NCBI GenBank assembly: GCA_037445715.1
Contig: JBBIJZ010000001.1
Span: 34,364 to 98,363 of the forward strand
DNA from: Verrucomicrobiales bacterium
GTDB lineage: Bacteria > Verrucomicrobiota > Verrucomicrobiia > Limisphaerales > J093
Direction of reading: 5' to 3'
Length of the DNA stretch: 64,000 nt
Part shown: positions 51,516 to 58,900 of the stretch, in pieces
Layout of the letters: each line of letters begins with the position of its first letter
How positions within the stretch are numbered: the first letter of the stretch is position 1
Notes under the pieces: generated by a model
The model's database searches: none
The model's input: the letters and a program-made list of their open reading frames with translations, nothing else
Told to the model about the DNA's origin: nothing
Made by a program: the position numbers and the translations under genes

Positions 51516-53738
51516 CTACCGCGGCAGAGCAAAGGCCACGTAGGCGTCCCCGGATTTCGTGCCCATCTTCCCCCCGCCGCAGGCGATGACCACGTACTGC
51601 CGGCCGCCGACCTCGTACGTGGCCGGCGTGGCATAACCGCCCGCCGGCAGTTTGGTCTGCCAGAGCAACCGCCCGGAGCGTTTGTCGAAGGCGCGGAACA
51701 TTTCGTCCTTGGTTGCCGCGATGAACACCAGTCCCCCGGCGGTCACGATGGGGCCGCCGTAGTTCTCGGCCCCGGTTGGGGGAATGCCGCGGGCGGTCAA
51801 CTCGGGAAACTCGCCCAGCGTCACCCGCCAGCGGTATTCGCCGGTGTTGAGGTCAATCGCGTTCAGCGTGCCCCAGGGCGGCTTGACCGCAGGGTAGCCC
51901 TGCGGGTCCAGCCAGCGGTTGTAGCCGGTCATGGTGTACGGGATCACGCCCAGAGCGTCGCCCTCGGGCGTTTCGCCGGGAGTCGTGGCGCCGGAGGCGA
52001 CGGCCTCGTTGCGCGGCTCGGCCGGCGCGTCCGGGTTGAGCAGGTAATCCGTGACCGCGGCCTTTTGCCGGGCGGACAGGAAGGCGAAGGAAGGCATGAC
52101 GCCCTTGCCGGTTTCCAGCAGCGTGATGATGTCCTGGGGTTTGAGTTTGCGGCCGATGTCCACCAGGGTGGGCACGTTTTGGGCGGCGTTGCCCGCGCGA
52201 TCCGGGCCGTGGCAGACGGCGCAAATCTGGGTGTACAACGCGCGGCCGCTGGCCGGCACGCCGGGGGTTTCCTGGCCGGTTTCGACCATGTTCAGCACCC
52301 AGGGCATTTCGTTGGCGTTGACGTACAACACCCCTTCCGGGTCCACCGCCGCGCCGCCCCACTCGGCCCCGCCGTCGAAACCGGGGAAGATGATGGTGCC
52401 CTCCTTGCTGGGCGGGGTGAACGGCGCGTGCGGGCGCAGGCGCACAAACCGGTCCAGCACCGCGCGGTGCGCCTCCGGCGTCAGGTCGGTGATCTCGTCA
52501 TAGGTGAAAAGCTGGCGGGCGAAGGGCGCGGGCTTGAGCGGGAAGGGCTGCGTGGGCCAGGCCGATTCGCCCTGCAGGTCGCTGGGCGGCACCGGCCGTT
52601 CCTCGATGGGAAAGAGCGGTTCGCCGGTCACGCGGTCGAACACGAAGACGTGACCGGACTTGGTCACCTGGGCCACGGCGTCCACCCGCCGGCCGCGGTG
52701 GCGCACGGTGAGCAGGTTGGGCGGCGCGGGCAGGTCGCGGTCCCAGAGGTCGTGGTGGACGAATTGAAAATGCCACAGGCGCCGGCCGGTGCGGGCGTCC
52801 AGCGCGAGCAGGCAGTTGGCAAAGAGGTTTGCGCCCAGCCGATTGCCGCCCCAGAAGTCAAAGGCCGCCGAGCCGGTGGGCACGTACACGATGCCGCGCT
52901 CGCGGTCCACCGCCATGCCGGCCCAGCAATTGGCGCCGCCGATGTACTTCCAGGCGTCCGGCGGCCAGGTTTCGTGGCCGGGTTCGCCGGGGTGGGGGAT
53001 GGTGTGGAACCGCCAGACCAGCGCGCCGGTGCGGATGTCGTAGGCGCGGAGGTGTCCCGGTGCGGCCGGGGCCGGGCCTTCGCCCACGCGCACGGGCAGA
53101 AACAGCAGGTTCTCGAAGACCGCCCCCGGCGTGTTGGCCAGCACGGTCAGGCGGCTGACGTCCCGGCCCAGGCCTTCCTTGATGTCCACGCGGCCGCCCT
53201 GGCCGAACGATTCGATGAGCCGGCCGGTGCGGGCGTCCAGCGCGTAGAGGTAATGGTCGGCCGTGAAGAGCACGCGCCGGTCCTCGCCGGCCTGCCAGTA
53301 CACCACGCCGCGGTTGACGCCCAGGCTGCTGTTGGCGGCGCCGGCGGCAAAGGGATCGAAGCGCCAGAGTTCCCGGCCGGTGGCGGCGTCCAGGGCAAGG
53401 AGCTTCAACTGCGGCGAGGTTCCGTACAGCACGCCGTCCACGATCAAGGGGTTGCACTGGATTTGGGACAGGTTGTTGGTGCGGGCGTCGCCGCTGCGGT
53501 AAATCCAGGCCACTTCGAGGCGGTGGACGTTGCGGCGGTTGATCTGGCGCAGCATCGAGCACTGCGAGCTGGCGGCGTCGCCCAGGTAGGTGTCCCAGTT
53601 GCGCCCGGCGCCGCCGTGGACCGGGAGCAGGGCCAGCAGGGGCAGGAACTTGAAGCCGCGAATCCAGTCCCGCCCGCCGGGGCCGCCCGGACCGGAGAGC
53701 CCGGCGCCGCCCGGGAGAGTGAAGATTTTGCGTTGCAC
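51516..53738 (-). CDS. PQQ-dependent dehydrogenase beta-propeller with an embedded c-type cytochrome domain
   Basis: Repeated propeller W-motifs (GRELWRF, GALVWRF, GRRLWHF, GRLLWQTKL). CAVCH heme-binding site at 52209-52223. Propeller-like sequence resumes after the cytochrome segment. Confidence 0.8.
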   Translation of the reverse strand: MQRKIFTLPGGAGLSGPGGPGGRDWIRGFKFLPLLALLPVHGGAGRNWDTYLGDAASSQCSMLRQINRRNVHRLEVAWIYRSGDARTNNLSQIQCNPLIVDGVLYGTSPQLKLLALDAATGRELWRFDPFAAGAANSSLGVNRGVVYWQAGEDRRVLFTADHYLYALDARTGRLIESFGQGGRVDIKEGLGRDVSRLTVLANTPGAVFENLLFLPVRVGEGPAPAAPGHLRAYDIRTGALVWRFHTIPHPGEPGHETWPPDAWKYIGGANCWAGMAVDRERGIVYVPTGSAAFDFWGGNRLGANLFANCLLALDARTGRRLWHFQFVHHDLWDRDLPAPPNLLTVRHRGRRVDAVAQVTKSGHVFVFDRVTGEPLFPIEERPVPPSDLQGESAWPTQPFPLKPAPFARQLFTYDEITDLTPEAHRAVLDRFVRLRPHAPFTPPSKEGTIIFPGFDGGAEWGGAAVDPEGVLYVNANEMPWVLNMVETGQETPGVPASGRALYTQICAVCHGPDRAGNAAQNVPTLVDIGRKLKPQDIITLLETGKGVMPSFAFLSARQKAAVTDYLLNPDAPAEPRNEAVASGATTPGETPEGDALGVIPYTMTGYNRWLDPQGYPAVKPPWGTLNAIDLNTGEYRWRVTLGEFPELTARGIPPTGAENYGGPIVTAGGLVFIAATKDEMFRAFDKRSGRLLWQTKLPAGGYATPATYEVGGRQYVVIACGGGKMGTKSGDAYVAFALPR

Positions 53739-53822
53739 GCGCGGGAGTGTAGTGGTCGCGACGTCGCGCGCGAGCCGGTAAATGTCGGGCAGTCGGTCGC
53801 CGTCCCGGGAGGCCGGCCGGCA

Positions 53823-54443
53823 TCAGTACCAGCCGGGCGGTGCGCCGGCGGCGGCGGGGGAAGGGCGGGCATGTGGGCTGATCCAGACCAGCGTGCCCAC
53901 CGGCACCTGGTCGAAAAGCGGCATCAGCCCGGCCGCTGCCAGGTGGATGCACCCGCGCGAGGCCGGTCGGCCCAGGGTGGGCTCGTCGTCCAGTCCGTGG
54001 ATGTAGATGTAGCGGCGGAAGGTGTCCACGGGGCCGCCCTGGTTGAAGCCGGGTTCCAGCCCGCGCAGCCAGAGGATGCGATGGGCGATGGGGGCGGGGC
54101 GGGTGCCGGCCCAGGTCAAGCCCACGGGAACGCGGGAGCGGAAGACCGTGCCCACCGGCCAGCCGGCGCCGATTTTGGCGGCGACCTGGTGCAGGCCCAG
54201 CGGGGTGCGGTTCGACCCCTGGACCTGGCCCAGCCCGAAACGGGAAGTGGACGCGCGGAAGCGGCGGTGAAGACGGTGTTCACGCCCGGCCGGGTCCCGG
54301 GCGGTCCACCATTCCAGGCACTGGCGGTCCGTCCAGACCAGCAGCACGTGTCGGGTGAGGCGCACGCCCAGGCGGCGGCAACGCCCGAGCATCTCGCCGG
54401 GCAGGGCAGGGCAGGGGGGCGGCCGGCCGGGCACGGCGTTCAC
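53823..54443 (-). CDS. L,D-transpeptidase (YkuD/ErfK) family protein
   Basis: IYIHGLDDEPTLGRPASRGCIHL catalytic His/Cys region. The GTG start overlaps the argA stop (GTGA). Confidence 0.75.
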   Translation of the reverse strand: MNAVPGRPPPCPALPGEMLGRCRRLGVRLTRHVLLVWTDRQCLEWWTARDPAGREHRLHRRFRASTSRFGLGQVQGSNRTPLGLHQVAAKIGAGWPVGTVFRSRVPVGLTWAGTRPAPIAHRILWLRGLEPGFNQGGPVDTFRRYIYIHGLDDEPTLGRPASRGCIHLAAAGLMPLFDQVPVGTLVWISPHARPSPAAAGAPPGWY

Positions 54444-55720
54444 TGGAGTTTCTTGACCAGAATCTTCGAGCGGCGCCCGGTTTGCTCGTACTTTTCGCGC
54501 CGGGCCGGCGGGAGGTCCTCCGGGCTGCCCTCGCTGAAGCCGCCCTTGGACTGGAAGTAGGTGAAGGCCTGGGTGGAGAGGGCGAGCAGTTCTTTGAGGC
54601 CGAGCTCGCGCGCCCGGTTTTCGGCGAACTGAAGCAGCTTGCGGCCGATGCCCTGGTTTTCGTGCGAGGGCTTGACGTAGAGGCAGGCCACCTCGCCCTT
54701 GCCGTGCTCGGGGTAGGGATGCAGGGCCACACAGCCGACGGGGTTCCGGTCTATCTCGTACAGGAAGTAGTCGGCCAGGTTTTTCTCGATGCTGGCGCGG
54801 CTGCGACGGACCAGTTCCTCGCTTTGCACCGAGGGCTGGATGAGCTTGAGCAGTTCAGGGATGTCCTTTTTGAGGGCGCGGCGGATTTGCCGGTATTCGT
54901 TGGCGTACACGAGCGTGCCGACACCTTCGTTGGAAAAGACCTCCGTCAGCAATGCCTCGTCCACACGACCATTGATGACGTGCACGCGCGGGATGCCGGC
55001 CTTGCAGGCCGCGGCGGCGTGCTGGGCCTTGGAGAGGCAGGCGGGGCTGAACTCGTCCCGGTGTGCCTCGAGCGCCCGCTCCAGGTCGCTGGCCAGGATC
55101 TGCCGCACCAGCCGGCCCTGGCGGACCAGGCCGTCGTAGGGGGTGACGAACAGGATTTTGATGGCCTGCAAGGCGACGGCCAACGCCACGGCCACGGCGT
55201 CGGAGTTGACGCGGTAGGTGCGGCCTTCCCCATCGAAGCCCAGCGGCGGCACCACGGGGAGGATGTCGTCCTGGAGCAGGGCCTGGAGCAGGCCCACGTC
55301 CACCCGCTCCACTTTGCCGGTGAAGAGATGGTCCACGCCCTGGAGGATGCCCAGGGGATGGGCGACGACGGCGTTGGGGCAGGCGGCCCGCAGGTCCTGG
55401 GTGGCCAGGCCCTCGAGGATTTCGTGGGTCAGGCGGTTGGCCGCCTCGAGGGCCAGTTGCAGCGTGGCGGCGTCGGTGATGCCGGCGCCGTCCAGATCGG
55501 AGGGGGTGAGGCCGCGGGCTTCGGCCAGGCGCCGGATTTGGGCGGCGGCGCCGTGCACCAGCACCACGCGAATGTTGAGCGAGCGCAACACCGCCACGTC
55601 CATGAGGATGTTGGCGAAGTTCTCGTCGGTTACGATCGCGCCGTCCACGCTGATGACAAACGTCCGCTCGCGGAAGCGCGGGATATATTGCAGGATGCCC
55701 CGCAGGTCGGTCGGTTTCAC
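54440..55720 (-). CDS. argA: Amino-acid N-acetyltransferase (N-acetylglutamate synthase; AAK + GNAT domains)
   Basis: N-terminal amino-acid-kinase fold (FVISVDGAIV..., VLVHGAAAQI). C-terminal GNAT (YVKPSHENQGIGRKLLQFAE). Confidence 0.85.
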   Translation of the reverse strand: MKPTDLRGILQYIPRFRERTFVISVDGAIVTDENFANILMDVAVLRSLNIRVVLVHGAAAQIRRLAEARGLTPSDLDGAGITDAATLQLALEAANRLTHEILEGLATQDLRAACPNAVVAHPLGILQGVDHLFTGKVERVDVGLLQALLQDDILPVVPPLGFDGEGRTYRVNSDAVAVALAVALQAIKILFVTPYDGLVRQGRLVRQILASDLERALEAHRDEFSPACLSKAQHAAAACKAGIPRVHVINGRVDEALLTEVFSNEGVGTLVYANEYRQIRRALKKDIPELLKLIQPSVQSEELVRRSRASIEKNLADYFLYEIDRNPVGCVALHPYPEHGKGEVACLYVKPSHENQGIGRKLLQFAENRARELGLKELLALSTQAFTYFQSKGGFSEGSPEDLPPARREKYEQTGRRSKILVKKLQ

Positions 55721-55979
55721 GTCAGGCCTTCACCCGGTGACTGCACGGCATTGAGCCGAAATCCGGCCGCGGCCGGCAATGTTTTTCTGTGTCGGCAGAC
55801 CGGCGCGGTTGCCCCGCCCAAGCCCCTCTGCGGAGCGTCTGCAATTTTTTCTGCAAAAAACCGTTCAATGGCCTTGCCAAGTATTGCCTTGATGCTACCC
55901 ATAAACAGTCAGCGCGACGGCCCCGACCTGATTACAACGGGCGTAAGGCTTGTGGTCGCCCGCGCGGCGCCACAATCCA

Positions 55980-58900
55980 ATGACCAGCAAGCAAGTCCTC
56001 GTTGGGGTCGTGGTCACCCTCCTGGGGGTGGCCTATTGGGCCCGGTCGCAGGCCCCCACCTTGTCGGTGCAACCCGAGCCCGGGCGGCAGGTGCGCCTGG
56101 CCTGGCCGCAGGCGGCGGGGGATTTTCTCCTCGAGGAAAGCCGCACGCTGGGACCGGGCGCGGTCTGGGAACCCACGGGCCTCAGCCCGGTGCCGGAAGG
56201 GGACGAACTGGCGGTGCGGGTCGAGGCGGCCAGCGGCGCGCGGTTCTACCGCCTGCGCTTCGTGGGCGTGGCGCCGCTGACGGTCATTTCCAACACCTCC
56301 CCGCCCAACGGCGCGCACGGCGTCTCCGTCAACCGCGACACCTTCATCGAGTTTACCGCGCCCCTGGCCGCGAACACGCTGCTCTCCTCGAATCGTTTCT
56401 TTGCCGAGTTCGGCGGCCGGCGTCTGCTCTCCCGCCTGGAGCTGTCCTCCGACCGCCGGCGCGCGTCGCTCTTCTACCTGGAAAACCTGCCGGCCGGCGC
56501 GCGCATCCGGGTCACCTTCGACGGCAGCGGCCTGAACGACGCCTTCGGACGCGGCGTGGACGTGGATGGCGACGGCCAACCCGGCGGCGGTACCAACTTT
56601 TTCTTCGACACCTTCAGCGCCACGCCCCTGCCCAACACCGCGGTGATCGGCCGGGTGTTCGCCTCGGACCCCGAGCCGGGCGGCCGGCCGGGCGAGTTTT
56701 TCAACCGCCCCCTCCAGGGCGTGACCATCACCGTGGACGGCGCCGAGGAGACCCTGCGGACCACCACCGACGCCAACGGCTTCTTCAAGCTCCAGCCCGC
56801 GCCGGTGGGGCGGTTTTTCGTGCATGTCGACGGCCGCACCGCCGTCGGCAGCCAGTGGCCGAACGGGGATTACTACCCCTTTGTGGGCAAGGCCTGGGAG
56901 GCGGTGGCCGGCCGCGAGGACAACCTGGCCGCCGGCACCGGCGAAATCTTCCTGCCGCTCATCCGCGGCGGCAGCCTCCAGCCGGTCAGCACCACCCAGG
57001 ACACCCCGGTCAGCTTTCCGCCCGAGGTGGTCCAGCAAAACCCGGTCCTGAGCGGCGTCGCCCTGACCGTCCCGGCCAACGCCCTTTTTGACGACGCCGG
57101 CAACCGCGGCGGGCGGGTGGGCATCGCCCCCGTGCCGCCGGACCGGCTGCCCGAGCCGCTGCCACCGGGCCTGGCGTTGCCGCTGGTCATCACCATCCAG
57201 ACCGACGGGCCCATGAACTTCGACCGGCCCGCGCCCATCCGCTTCCCCAACCTGCCCGACCCGCGCACCGGCAAGAAACTGCCGCCCGGCGCCAAGAGCG
57301 CCCTCTGGAGCTTCAACCACGACACCGGCCGGTGGGAACTGGGCGGCCCCATGACCGTGACCGCCGACGGCAACTTTGTGGAAACCGACCCCGGCGTGGG
57401 CGTGCGCCAGCCCGGCTGGCACGGGACCTTCCCCGGCTCGGATGGCGGTTGCGACAACCTCATCGGCGGCGGCGATGGCGATGGCGACGGTGACGGCGAC
57501 GGTGATGGTGATGGTGATGGTGATGGTGACGGGGATGGCGACGGCGATGGCGACGGCGATGGCGATGGCGACGGGGACGAAGACCCGTGCAAAGACGCCG
57601 GCCCGCCTTGCGGTCCGAATGCTGCCGGTCCGGTGGATCAAAGCGACTGGCCGATTACCAACGACGATACCGACCCCAGCGGTAACTACACCCGGCATCG
57701 CGGCTTTGAAGTGCAGGGCGGCATTTGCTACGACGCCGCCACCCGGACCTGGCGGTACCGCGTGAACCGCCTGGTCTGGCGCGGGGCCATCAACACCAGC
57801 CTCAACAGCGGTTTCCCCAGCACCGAACCGGTCATCGGCGTCAACGTCACCTCCAACAACTACTGCGCGATCATCGAAGAAATGGCCGGCTACCTGGGCC
57901 GCGGCCGCGGTTCCTGGCATCTGCGCGCCGCCAGTCTGGCCCACGAAGTCCACCACCGCGACGTGGACTGGCCGGGCATTTTGAATCCGCTCTGGCAGAA
58001 CATCGAGGCGGCCATCGAGGCGGAATCGGTGCCGTGCGAGCGCGCCCCCGCCGAGGCCGAGCTGATCCTCAGCAACCGGGTCGCCCAGCACCAGGCCACG
58101 CTGCACACCCAGTTCGTTCAGGGCGTCTCTGCCTTCAACGTCGGCCACGATGGCGCCCGCAACGACGGTGCCTACCAGGCCGGCCAGGCGGTGTTGAATG
58201 TCCGCATCAACGAGATTCGCAATCACGCCACCAACCAGGGTTGGGCACCCTGTCCGCCGTTTTTCCTGGTCCGTCAGAATGTGGCCCTGGCCGATCACGG
58301 CGCGCCGCACCTGGTTGCCCTCGAGGTCAACGCCGCCTCCCTCACCCTCGGTCCCGGCCAGTCGCTTCAACTCCAGGTCATCGGCCGTTACGACGACGGC
58401 TCGGAGGTGGACCTGACCGCCGCGCCGCAGACCGTTTACGAGAGCAGCTCCCCCGCGGTGGCCACGGTCAACGCCGCCGGCCAGGTGACCGGCGTGGCGT
58501 CCGGCCAGGTCGAGATCACCGTCAGGCACGCCCCCGGGCCCGACCGCCACCCCATCTTCGGTGCCATTTCGCTCCTGGTGCCGCCCGATTACGACCGCGA
58601 CGGTGACGGCATGCACGATGACTGGGAACGCCAGCACGGCCTCAATCCCAACGACCCGCGCGACGCCATGCAGGACGCCGACGGCGACGGCCTGCGCAAC
58701 ATCAAGGAATTCGAGTTCGACACGGACCCGCGCCAGCAGGACACCGATGGCGACGGCCGCTCGGACTTCAAGGAGACCCTGGACGGCACCGACCCGCTCA
58801 CGCCGGACACGCGCACCCGCCCCGCCTCGCTCGGCCTGCACTACTTCGTGCTGATGAATCTGGAGACCGGCCTCATCGAGCAACGCGGGGTCACCGGCCG

